A stretch of DNA of 64,000 nucleotides from a virus (lineage: Duplodnaviria > Caudoviricetes), in IMG/VR virus record IMGVR_UViG_3300036770_006429, positions 1,249 through 65,248 of that record; one strand, written 5' to 3'. This document shows, piece after piece, positions 1 to 7,799 of the stretch. Position 1 is the first letter of the stretch, and each line of letters opens with the position of its first letter. The notes under the pieces were generated by a model. It did not search any database and was not told the origin of the DNA. It saw nothing but the letters and a program-made list of their open reading frames with translations. A program made the translations under genes and the position numbers.

Positions 1-423
1 CACATAACAGATAATAAGGATTTTAAAATAAGCGATAAAATTTCACCAAGAGATATGTCTTCAGTGGCTTATGGAACTAACAGCGAAAATTATGGTGATT
101 TAATGGTAACTGGTGATTTAGAATATTGGGATAATTACTATAACACAAATCCAAGAACTTGGAAAAAAGAAATAAAAAGAAATTATGTTGCTTTATTTGA
201 TGCAAGTGAATTAAACCCAAAATCATTAAGACAGGTTTCAAGAGGATTTGGTAATGAAATTTATTTAGATAAATCAGAGGCAAATAGATTAAAATTAATT
301 GGTGTTTATAATAGAGAATATGCAAGGAAATTAAATAATAAATTCCATAAAATGATTCCACAATCTGAAAATGAATTATTAAATTTGTGGAATTATGCAC
401 ATAAAAATGTGGGTAAAAAATAA
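1..423 (+). CDS. 3' part of hypothetical protein, possibly ART-like; 5' end lies outside the window
   Basis: Frame is open from base 1 (HITDNKDF...) into the 55..423 ORF; H...VT...GNEI pattern is loosely ART-like. Confidence 0.55.
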   Translation, partial: HITDNKDFKISDKISPRDMSSVAYGTNSENYGDLMVTGDLEYWDNYYNTNPRTWKKEIKRNYVALFDASELNPKSLRQVSRGFGNEIYLDKSEANRLKLIGVYNREYARKLNNKFHKMIPQSENELLNLWNYAHKNVGKK

Positions 424-725
424 AACAAAAAGATTATAACCACAAAACTTAATACGAAGTAGAAACGTAGCATTGCATATAACTACTGTATTAGCGAACC
501 CCAACAAAGTAAAACCCTAAATATTTCACCCTTACTTTGTTGCTTATTATTTCGCTTATATCCCTTATCTGCGGGGTTTACCCTTTGATTCACTCGTTTT
601 ACCCTCACTTCGCCCAAATAAGTAAAGCCGAAACAAAGGCTTTCCACTACAGAACGATGAAGCATCACCCCTTTTGCCCCGTCAAGCAATAGAAGAGTTT
701 GAATATGTAACAGAAAATTATTAAC

Positions 726-753
726 AAAAAAGGGGGGACTTTCGTCACCCCCT
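726..753 (-). terminator. Rho-independent terminator
   Basis: Minus strand AGGGGGTGAC-GAAA-GTCCCCCC-TTTTTT, just downstream of ORF 773..1015. Confidence 0.8.
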
Positions 754-772
754 CAAATTATATTAACCTAAT

Positions 773-1015
773 TCAACGTTTTCTCGGCCTCTTCCAACTG
801 TAACATCTCTGGTAGCTTCTCTTCTTTGGTTTTCTGGGTGAACCGCAATATTGCCCAGAGAAATCTTTGAAAAGCCATTTTGCGTTTTGTGGCCATATCT
901 CAACTGCCGCTCCGCACTTCACACCACGACGATTAACCACATATGTGCCTTGCGAAAAAATGCTTGTGGAAATTAGGCAAACGATAATAAAGAGTAATGT
1001 TTTTTTGTTAATCAT
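773..1015 (-). CDS. Small basic exported protein with Sec signal peptide
   Basis: MINKKTLLFIIVCLISTSIFS|Q signal peptide; Cys- and Lys/Arg-rich mature part. Confidence 0.6.
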   Translation of the reverse strand: MINKKTLLFIIVCLISTSIFSQGTYVVNRRGVKCGAAVEIWPQNAKWLFKDFSGQYCGSPRKPKKRSYQRCYSWKRPRKR

Positions 1016-1307
1016 TTTTGTTGTTTTTCAAATATTCAAACAGTTCCTCAATATTTTTGAAATAAATAAATCCCCGAAGATTGGGGTTGGTTCTTCCGTA
1101 ATCACAGTCATAAATGAAGTAATAAATTTGACTTATTTGCTCTTCATTATAATTGGTCTTCAAAAAGAAATCGACCCAAGTTTCAAAGTCATTTGTTGCT
1201 TGTTCAAGATTCTTTTCCATTTCTTCCAATTGCAAACCAATTGAATCCAAGTTTTTCCTCGATACCTTGTGATTATCAATAATCATTTTAAAATTTTCAA
1301 GATTCAT
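1008..1307 (-). CDS. Hypothetical phage protein
   Basis: 99-aa ORF in a tightly packed minus-strand run; IYYFIYDCDYG motif. Confidence 0.65.
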   Translation of the reverse strand: MNLENFKMIIDNHKVSRKNLDSIGLQLEEMEKNLEQATNDFETWVDFFLKTNYNEEQISQIYYFIYDCDYGRTNPNLRGFIYFKNIEELFEYLKNNKND

Positions 1308-1329
1308 GTTAATCTGTTTTTGTTGTTAG

Positions 1330-1521
1330 TTAAAACGTTTCTCCAAACGTATTCTTACAAATTAACTCGTAACAATCTTTTTTGTTCGAGCATATTACAA
1401 CATTTCCTCCTATTTCATCAATAGAAGAATCTAACGTTCCATGCAAAGGCATGGATCCAGCATAAGGAATATAGTAAAAACCTGTCCTGTCATTATCAAT
1501 AATGTAAACATATTCTATCAT
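1330..1521 (-). CDS. Hypothetical protein
   Basis: 63-aa ORF in the operon. Confidence 0.55.
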   Translation of the reverse strand: MIEYVYIIDNDRTGFYYIPYAGSMPLHGTLDSSIDEIGGNVVICSNKKDCYELICKNTFGETF

Positions 1522-1531
1522 TTTAAATTTG

Positions 1532-1822
1532 TTATTTTATTGCCAATGACATTTTAATATCTGCAACCTGTTTGTTTACATCTACCTCACAAGTTACCCA
1601 AAGTGGATTGTAGTTGATGGGCCAAAAGAAATCACCAATTTCAAAACCAATTGGGTCAAATCTGATAATTTCATTTCCATCAAAATCTGAGATATTCTTA
1701 ATGATGGAATTTTTAATCATTGATGCAACAAACATTTTAAAAACATCTTCTCTCAACAAATTGCAGGTGGAACTTTCGCCTACTTTCTCATGATATGGAC
1801 ATTCATAACAGTTATTTGCCAT
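1532..1822 (-). CDS. Hypothetical Cys-containing protein (likely start MANNCYECPY)
   Basis: ATG at 1822 lies just after the stop of the upstream gene; CxxC...C motif. Confidence 0.6.
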   Translation of the reverse strand: MANNCYECPYHEKVGESSTCNLLREDVFKMFVASMIKNSIIKNISDFDGNEIIRFDPIGFEIGDFFWPINYNPLWVTCEVDVNKQVADIKMSLAIK

Positions 1823-1823
1823 G

Positions 1824-2204
1824 TTATATGTTTTTAATATAATGTTCACCATTTTTAACAACCCAACCATTCTCAACCATATACCCCAACCATTCCCTCG
1901 CAATATCATATCTGATATCAGTCTCAAAAGCATTGGAAATCATATCCAACAATCGGGTTTCATTGCATCTCTGGTCTTTAATTAAAACACCCAAAACGGA
2001 TTTTAAATGTTTATCTTTGATATGTCCATAACGCTCAGAAAGGCATTTTGAGTAAGTCTCCATCGCGGACAACTGAATGGTCAATAAGCTCTTTTGCGTT
2101 TCATCCAGCTCGTTGTATGGCTGCGTGTTGATGTAATTTCTCAACTTGTAAACCTTGTTTTTTAAATCAAGTTGTTCTTCATGCAATCTGTCCAAAAAAT
2201 TCAT
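1824..2204 (-). CDS. crAss001_48-like domain protein
   Basis: FLDRLHEEQLDLKNKVYKL...LLTIQLSAMETYSKCLSER matches this common phage helical domain. Confidence 0.6.
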   Translation of the reverse strand: MNFLDRLHEEQLDLKNKVYKLRNYINTQPYNELDETQKSLLTIQLSAMETYSKCLSERYGHIKDKHLKSVLGVLIKDQRCNETRLLDMISNAFETDIRYDIAREWLGYMVENGWVVKNGEHYIKNI

Positions 2205-2214
2205 GCTTTTATTT

Positions 2215-2397
2215 TTAAAGTGTTGAAGATAAAGGCAAAATGCCTTGTGATATATTTAAAATAACAATTCTTTGCTTCTCTTTGTTCAAAATATCAAATG
2301 CTTTCTTTATAACATCTTTTGATGGTGATGGATTTGTCGCGTCCTTTTGATGGAGAAGATAGTTGTCCATAACTTTAAGTGCCTCTTGAATGCTCAT
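2215..2397 (-). CDS. Hypothetical protein
   Basis: 60-aa ORF overlapping the upstream stop. Confidence 0.55.
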   Translation of the reverse strand: MSIQEALKVMDNYLLHQKDATNPSPSKDVIKKAFDILNKEKQRIVILNISQGILPLSSTL

Positions 2398-2801
2398 AAT
2401 GAAATATTTAACAAATTTCTGCTATATCCTTTTTTCCAAATTAAAAATCGTGAATCAATATCAATGGATGTTACTCCAGAAGAACCAACGCAATCACCAT
2501 TCCAATCATTATTTTCCTCATCAAATGTTGGCTTGTTTACAAAGAATGAAACATTTCCAACATCATCAATGGTGCAAAAGTTGGATTCACCCGGCAAATT
2601 ATTTTCCGGTATGGGGCATTCAAGAAGGAAAGGGGGGTGAGCAAAGAAAACCTCAAAGGTTTCATGCTTATCATCATATTTTATTTGCTCTCTTTTAATC
2701 AAATCAAGAATATCTTCCCTACTTGGATTTGCTTCCAATGTTGCATGAAAAATATAATCATCTTCTGTTTTTCTCTTGATGCGAATTAAGTAATTTGCCA
2801 T
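2394..2801 (-). CDS. Hypothetical protein with C-terminal 'IP...D.G...KP...W...IWK' phage domain
   Basis: Pattern shared with ORFs at 3409, 6060, 6756, 7390 and 34309. Confidence 0.6.
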   Translation of the reverse strand: MANYLIRIKRKTEDDYIFHATLEANPSREDILDLIKREQIKYDDKHETFEVFFAHPPFLLECPIPENNLPGESNFCTIDDVGNVSFFVNKPTFDEENNDWNGDCVGSSGVTSIDIDSRFLIWKKGYSRNLLNISL

Positions 2802-2891
2802 ATTGTTTTAAGTTCTTATCCACAAACATTTTACATCATCATCTTTCATGATTCTTGCTTCTTTGAATGATTTGTCTTTCATTTTTTTTAA

Positions 2892-3365
2892 TTAAAAATA
2901 TTCCTTAAATGTTGCTTCAATATTTTTCAAATCATCTTTATGCTTATTGTTCTTATCGGAGTATGAAATCTTAGCCATGATTGCATAATTTACATTCTGA
3001 ATGCGAATTTCACGACCAAGAAAGCGCACCTTTGAATGCTGCAATTCTTCAGTTGAAACCTTGAAGCAGCAAGTTTTAACGCCAGCAATTATTGCGCCAG
3101 TGCGTTGAATTGAATCTCCGTTTACGTCTGTGACAGTATCCGACAATATTTTTCCGTTAGCTTCTTGAATAAATCCGTTTTCGCTTAAACTATCAGTCCG
3201 ATGGAAAAACAAATCGATATCAGATATTTTTCTTTTAATTAAACCCACCGCATTTAAAGCTATTGAACCACCAAAAACAGCAGTTGGTACATTTTTGATA
3301 ATAATATCAATTGCATTTAACATTTCATCGGAAAGAATCTCTTTATCCTCCAAGTTATTTTTCAT
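2892..3365 (-). CDS. Minimal nucleotidyltransferase (Pol-beta superfamily)
   Basis: FGGSIAL...ISDIDL (GS...DxD) motif; C-terminal K...R/K..K...D helix. Confidence 0.7.
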   Translation of the reverse strand: MKNNLEDKEILSDEMLNAIDIIIKNVPTAVFGGSIALNAVGLIKRKISDIDLFFHRTDSLSENGFIQEANGKILSDTVTDVNGDSIQRTGAIIAGVKTCCFKVSTEELQHSKVRFLGREIRIQNVNYAIMAKISYSDKNNKHKDDLKNIEATFKEYF

Positions 3366-3408
3366 TTGTTATTACTTTTGTTAAAATGTTTATCCTGATT
3401 TCAATATT

Positions 3409-3768
3409 TTAATCGGGTCGTTTCCAAATATACATTTGACAGCCTGCTAATTTTTGTCCGTAATGGCAATAATATCTTTTACCTCCCTCTTCAGAAAACC
3501 AAATTCCCTTAATTTTCATACTACTATACACCAAAAACTTAGGTTTATCTTTCCAAAAATAAACACCACCATCATAATCAACAGTGCAATAATTTTCATC
3601 GTCCTTCCATTTTTCTATGTCGATTGGACATTTTTTACCAAATTCATTTACTAAGTAACGTTTGTCGTCCGCAGTGCAATCAAGTTGATAAGCTAACTTT
3701 CCTCTTGAGTAGAGGTAGATGTTATATATAATAGCAAGCGAAATTGTTAAAATTATTATTTCAACCAT
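3409..3768 (-). CDS. Membrane-anchored hypothetical protein of the W/RP family
   Basis: N-terminal TM helix; YCTVDYDGGVYFWKDKP...IWKRP. Confidence 0.65.
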   Translation of the reverse strand: MVEIIILTISLAIIYNIYLYSRGKLAYQLDCTADDKRYLVNEFGKKCPIDIEKWKDDENYCTVDYDGGVYFWKDKPKFLVYSSMKIKGIWFSEEGGKRYYCHYGQKLAGCQMYIWKRPD

Positions 3769-3774
3769 GGGTAT

Positions 3775-4311
3775 TTATATTTTTATCGAACAACGGATAA
3801 TTTTTGTGTATTTATCTTCTACACCATCCTCCATTTTTAATTGAAATATTTTGTTTAATTCATCCATAGGCATTTCTTGAATAATTTTTTTTGCAACCTC
3901 CCGATATAAATTATCAACACCAACAGCCGAAATATCAAATGTACTAAGCTTCAGATAACTATCGTAAGTGGTTAATTTTTGCGATGGAACTTCCCAGATA
4001 CATTTACCAAAAAACGGCTCATATCCGTTATTGATAACAGATAATGCAACTTGTAAAAAATCACCTTCAATTACTACTTCATAACAGCTCTTATAATCAG
4101 AGGACCATCGAATTTCATCTATTCTTATGCACGGACGATTTCTCGTGCTTACAAAAGAATAAGGCTTATCTACAAAATATTGCATAAGAATCTTTGATGC
4201 ACTAACTCCGCTTCCCTCGCCAAGTTCAGCAGTAATAAACCTTACTCCATCTGGAATAGTTTCTAAAGCAATTGGGCATTTATAGCCCCAATTGTTTTCA
4301 AAATATGTCAT
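3775..4311 (-). CDS. Hypothetical protein (likely start MTYFENNW)
   Basis: ATG at 4311 overlaps the end of the upstream Zn-finger ORF. Confidence 0.6.
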   Translation of the reverse strand: MTYFENNWGYKCPIALETIPDGVRFITAELGEGSGVSASKILMQYFVDKPYSFVSTRNRPCIRIDEIRWSSDYKSCYEVVIEGDFLQVALSVINNGYEPFFGKCIWEVPSQKLTTYDSYLKLSTFDISAVGVDNLYREVAKKIIQEMPMDELNKIFQLKMEDGVEDKYTKIIRCSIKI

Positions 4312-4531
4312 TGTGTTTGTTTTTGCGCGTTTTTGTATAGCCATATATCTTCTGCAATTCGGGGGTAATCCTTTTTGGCTCGCATTCACCGCAGAATTTT
4401 AAAGTGTGTGCAACTCCTTTATATAAAAACTGCCGAAAACCCAACCATCTTCAGTGGTTGGGTAGTTCACATTGAACCAACCATTCGCTTGTAGCTTTTT
4501 TGCCACAATCATCGCATTTTCCCCGCATCAT
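4298..4531 (-). pseudogene. 61-aa CxxC..CxxC zinc-finger gene interrupted by a 48-bp IS scar
   Basis: Removing 4423-4470 restores MMRGKCDDCGKKATSEWLVQ|YKGVAHTLKFCGECEPKR...; the insert brings an in-frame TGA. Confidence 0.8.
4423..4470 (+). mobile_element. 48-bp collapsed IS200/IS605 element (single hairpin)
   Basis: TTTAT|ATAAAAACTGCCGAAAA-CCCAACCATCTTCAGTGGTTGGG-TAGTTCAC; 46/48 identical to the left/right-end fusion of element 30234..31583. Confidence 0.9.
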
Positions 4532-4532
4532 A

Positions 4533-4751
4533 TCAATCAATTATTAATTTACCTATTAAGTTCCTATGCGTGTTCATGAAAGAATCAGTTGCAGCATCGC
4601 GCCTCATAAGCATGAAGTCAGAGTAAATTTCCATGAAATCAACATACAACATATCAATATTGCCATTTTCATTCCAATGAACCCCTTCAACATTTTTAAC
4701 TCCAAAATCTTCTCCGTGAATATTAACAATATGAATTTTTGGCCTTTTCAT
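4533..4751 (-). CDS. Hypothetical protein
   Basis: 72-aa ORF with ATGA overlap to the upstream gene. Confidence 0.6.
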   Translation of the reverse strand: MKRPKIHIVNIHGEDFGVKNVEGVHWNENGNIDMLYVDFMEIYSDFMLMRRDAATDSFMNTHRNLIGKLIID

Positions 4752-5098
4752 TTTTTTTGTTTTTTAATTCGCCAAACACATTTTCCAAAACTAACATCTG
4801 AAATATCCTTAACATTTGGATGTAATTCCGATATGAATTTACTAAATTCAACATTATAGTCATTTATGACATTAACTACTAATTTTGTATCGTCTGAAAA
4901 CCATTGCAGGTCTTTTAAAAGACTATTACCAGCATATGGTTTCTTCTTATGGGCCATAATGAATATACTATGAATAATTCCGTTTAGTTTAACACATTCT
5001 GCCGTAATATATTTAAATTTAAAATTTATTTTAGAATCACTTAAAATTTCATCAACATTAAGCGAAAAATTGTAATCAAATTCATTTTTGAGTTCCAT
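4748..5098 (-). CDS. Hypothetical protein, distant W/RP-family paralog
   Basis: KNEFDY start and FGKCVWR end resemble ORFs 6060 and 6756. Confidence 0.6.
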   Translation of the reverse strand: MELKNEFDYNFSLNVDEILSDSKINFKFKYITAECVKLNGIIHSIFIMAHKKKPYAGNSLLKDLQWFSDDTKLVVNVINDYNVEFSKFISELHPNVKDISDVSFGKCVWRIKKQKK

Positions 5099-5153
5099 AT
5101 TAATCTAATTAAAAACGGTTATCTAATCAGGTTGGGTGTGGCTAACAAAAAAG

Positions 5154-5241
5154 CGGAAGAGGAGGGATTCGAACCCCCGGTACCTTTTACAGTACAACAG
5201 TTTTCAAGACTGCCGCAATAAACCAGCTCTGCCACTCTTCC
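5154..5241 (-). tRNA. tRNA-Ser (anticodon UGA)
   Basis: GGAAGAG/CTCTTCC acceptor, GCAGT-CT-TGA-AA-ACTGT anticodon arm, long variable arm, GGTTCGAATCC T-loop, G discriminator, no encoded CCA. Confidence 0.92.
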
Positions 5242-5340
5242 GGATGTTTACAAAAATTACATATACAAGTCTTTTTTTTAATGATTAATAATAAGGCTGT
5301 TTTCCCCCGATCACATTTAACACCACTTACACGCCCCCTT

Positions 5341-5365
5341 GTGGAGACGCAGGATTCGAACCTTA
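5341..5365 (-). pseudogene. tRNA 3'-half remnant
   Basis: AGGTTCGAATCCTGCGTCTCCAC T-arm and 3' acceptor strand with no matching 5' half. Confidence 0.4.
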
Positions 5366-5387
5366 TGGTGATGCACCTTTTATGTTT

Positions 5388-5576
5388 GTAGCCAGAGCTG
5401 GATTCGAACCAGCAAACTCCACTTAACTTCGGTTGAGTTAACAAACGCTCACTCCATAAGCGGACCCAGCCATTTAAGGCGAGTAGCTTCTTCCGTTAAC
5501 AAATCCTCTTACTTCTGCGGAGGCATAAATGCTGACCAGCCTTTGCTGCGCGTCTGCCGTTTTCGCTATCTGGCTA
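5388..5576 (-). ncRNA. tRNA-like RNA (~189 nt) with a very large insert replacing the anticodon arm
   Basis: TAGCCAGA/TCTGGCTA acceptor, GCG-AAAACGGCAGA-CGC D-arm, GCTGG-TTCGAAT-CCAGC T-arm, ~135 nt of small hairpins between. Confidence 0.7.
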
Positions 5577-5594
5577 TATTTTTTTAATGTTATT

Positions 5595-5903
5595 TTAGAT
5601 TTTGAGTTTAATCATTTTACAAATCATATCAAATTCATTCATAGTATTACATTCACCATTAAACTTAACAGAATGATTTGGCCCGTCTTGATTAAATCCA
5701 TTATCTGTTGTTGTAAGTATTACTGTGTATGTGTTGAGTGAATAATTTTTACCGTCCGTTTCATATTCAGTTTTTTTTGTTTCTAAATATAAAAAGGCAC
5801 CTTGTCCATCGTCTTTCCATATATCACCTTTTTCAAAGTTCATTACGTTGCCAAACTCATAACTAAATCTCCAACCCCTTTGTTCAAAATCTTCTTTTTT
5901 CAT
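5595..5903 (-). CDS. Hypothetical phage protein
   Basis: 102-aa ORF ending in FNGECNTMNEFDMICKMIKL, a common Bacteroidetes-phage pattern. Confidence 0.65.
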   Translation of the reverse strand: MKKEDFEQRGWRFSYEFGNVMNFEKGDIWKDDGQGAFLYLETKKTEYETDGKNYSLNTYTVILTTTDNGFNQDGPNHSVKFNGECNTMNEFDMICKMIKLKI

Positions 5904-5940
5904 ATGTTCTTCTTTTACATCGTAAAATATACATTATTTT

Positions 5941-6044
5941 AGGGGTCGGCAGGGGACTCGAACCCCTAACAGTGTTATACATTCCTGTTTCCCCTATGAT
6001 TGGGAGCGCCTATGCTTTATAAGGCCATTTCGCCAACCGACCCC
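5941..6044 (-). ncRNA. Non-canonical tRNA-like RNA with enlarged D-loop and ambiguous anticodon (CAU or UCA)
   Basis: GGGGTCGG/CCGACCCC acceptor, AGGGG-TTCGAGT-CCCCT T-arm, TCCC-AATCATAG-GGGA arm, AACAG...CTGTT variable arm. Confidence 0.7.
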
Positions 6045-6059
6045 CAAAAATAACTTATA

Positions 6060-6389
6060 TTATGGCCTTTGCCATATAGCTTTCCCAAATTCAATTTTTC
6101 GACCCCCAGTGTGCTTCAGGACTCGCAATCTAATCTCTTCTTCTTGTTCCGGTTCAAATGCAATGTGATGTTCGTAATTTTTATCTGGGTCATCGCTTAA
6201 CCACTTGATTTCATTGTACGGTTCTGCGACAAAAGGAAATGGCATTCCTTTGAATGCGCTCACAATATATATTAAACCCATTTCTGCGCCCCGAATATAA
6301 TGGTTGCGCTTATTTAAAGCCACCCACTTGTATTCTTTTGGAATTAAATCCCAGCTCAAAGGCATTTCGTAATCAAAGTGGTTTTTCAT
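6060..6389 (-). CDS. W/RP-family hypothetical protein
   Basis: MKNHFDYEMPLSWDLIPKEYKWVALN...GKAIWQRP; close paralog of 6756..7379. Confidence 0.75.
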   Translation of the reverse strand: MKNHFDYEMPLSWDLIPKEYKWVALNKRNHYIRGAEMGLIYIVSAFKGMPFPFVAEPYNEIKWLSDDPDKNYEHHIAFEPEQEEEIRLRVLKHTGGRKIEFGKAIWQRP

Positions 6390-6400
6390 GGCTTTGTGTT

Positions 6401-6610
6401 TTATTTTAAAGTTTTAATATAATCTTTCACCAAATCACCGCAGTAAAAAGTGCTAACCAACAAATCATCTCCATTTTCGATAATGGAATATTTTTGGCGA
6501 TTTTGTTTTGCGAATTCGACGAAATCAGATTTAACAAATCTTTTTTCATCTTTACGCATGTCGGAAACTTGCTCATGTCGCTCACCTACCCAATTTACCG
6601 AATGTTGCAT
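6401..6610 (-). CDS. Hypothetical protein
   Basis: 69-aa ORF behind a TAnnTTTG promoter. Confidence 0.6.
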   Translation of the reverse strand: MQHSVNWVGERHEQVSDMRKDEKRFVKSDFVEFAKQNRQKYSIIENGDDLLVSTFYCGDLVKDYIKTLK

Positions 6611-6646
6611 ACTTTAATGTTTTATGGTTTCGTAAAAATAACACCA

Positions 6647-6654
6647 CAAAGATA
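6647..6654 (-). promoter_or_regulatory. Bacteroidetes sigma70 -7 box (TATCTTTG)
   Basis: CAAAGATA on the + strand, 37 bp upstream of the ATG at 6610. Confidence 0.7.
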
Positions 6655-6708
6655 CGGCGTTTTTTTGGATAGTGCAATTTTTTTTGAAAAATTTTATGCT
6701 TTTTTTAT

Positions 6709-6755
6709 ATAAAAGAGCGTAAACCCCAACCATCTTCAGTGGTTGGGTAGTTCAC
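6709..6755 (+). mobile_element. 47-bp collapsed IS200/IS605 element
   Basis: TTTAT|ATAAAAGAGCGTAAAC-CCCAACCATCTTCAGTGGTTGGG-TAGTTCAC; intergenic, abutting the stop codon at 6756. Confidence 0.88.
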
Positions 6756-7379
6756 TTATGAAATTTCTGAATTGCGCTTGTTTTCATCCAAATCCTTATC
6801 TAAAGGAAAATTTTTACTTTCAACTTTTGGTAGGTTTTCAAATTCTTCATTTGTGTAAAGTTTGTAACCATCTGATTTTAACAAGTCAAATCTTTTAGCA
6901 GCATATTTTAGTGCGTTATTGTAGAAAGCCATTGTTGAGTTTGGCTTATTCAGAGTTGGTTTAAATATATCGGACATAGTGTCTATGCTATCTAACAATC
7001 GCCACAATTGTTCCGCAATCTCCCTCATAGAGGGGCTATCGCCATTATATGGCCTTTGCCACAAAGATTTTCCAATATCAATTTGATTTGCATCCAAATG
7101 TTGAAGAATATGCTTTCTAATTCTCACAGAATCAGAAAAATCAAATCTAATTTCATATTCATTTGACTCTTGTTCATCACTGACCCAAATTATCTCATCA
7201 TCAAACAATGGATATGGCATCTTTTTAAAGCCATTTAAAACATAACTCACTCTAATTTCCCCTATCATATATTCTTTTCCTTCTGGAAAATCGTAGGTAA
7301 TATTCAAAGCAACCCACTTATATTCTTCTGGAATATCATCCCAACTTATTGGCAACTCGTAATTGAAATCGTTTTTCAT
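6756..7379 (-). CDS. W/RP-family protein with extra C-terminal domain
   Basis: MKNDFNYELPISWDDIPEEYKWVALN...GKSLWQRP followed by an AEQLWRLLDSIDTMSD domain. Confidence 0.75.
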   Translation of the reverse strand: MKNDFNYELPISWDDIPEEYKWVALNITYDFPEGKEYMIGEIRVSYVLNGFKKMPYPLFDDEIIWVSDEQESNEYEIRFDFSDSVRIRKHILQHLDANQIDIGKSLWQRPYNGDSPSMREIAEQLWRLLDSIDTMSDIFKPTLNKPNSTMAFYNNALKYAAKRFDLLKSDGYKLYTNEEFENLPKVESKNFPLDKDLDENKRNSEIS

Positions 7380-7389
7380 TGTTTTATTT

Positions 7390-7797
7390 TTATGGGCGTT
7401 TCCAGATACATTTTCTAACATCAATTACCGTGTCTTGGGTATGGCGGATTGTGTGGTTTTCGAGAATCTCATATTTGTAATCAACAAATTCATGTCTGTG
7501 ATTTTCGTTGTTTTTGATATCCCAAATGAAACCAACATTTTTTGTGAATAATGAATCCGGCATCTCCTTTGTATTGTTGACGACAAGCATCACTTTTGTA
7601 ACCACCTTATCCGTTTCGTTATCATATTCCTGATATTCTTCTCGGTGCATGGTGATGAATTTGTATCTCTTTGGAATTTCATTCCAAATCAATGGACAAA
7701 TGTAACCATGTTCATTTCTAACTTCTTTTGTTGGTTCTTGTTCGCAACCAAACAAAAGTAGAGCAATTGTACAAAAAGTTAATGTTGTTGTTCTCAT
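7390..7797 (-). CDS. Predicted lipoprotein of the W/RP family
   Basis: LLLFG|C lipobox; WNEIPKRYKF...CIWKRP. Confidence 0.7.
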   Translation of the reverse strand: MRTTTLTFCTIALLLFGCEQEPTKEVRNEHGYICPLIWNEIPKRYKFITMHREEYQEYDNETDKVVTKVMLVVNNTKEMPDSLFTKNVGFIWDIKNNENHRHEFVDYKYEILENHTIRHTQDTVIDVRKCIWKRP

Positions 7798-7799
7798 TG

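Noticed and set aside
5187-5444. 85-aa ORF, the 8012..8377 + strand ORF, and the 5' extension of 7800..8072
   Set aside because: They are translations through tRNA or tRNA-like sequence, or antisense to a better gene
5388-5576. tmRNA
   Set aside because: Too short, has a paired D-arm, lacks the Ala G3-U70 acceptor, and shows no evident tag ORF
5941-6044. Selenocysteine tRNA or genome-wide stop-codon recoding
   Set aside because: The UCA reading lacks U33 and a purine at 37, and conserved genes end normally at TGA (sbcD) and TAG (ruvC) without fragmentation
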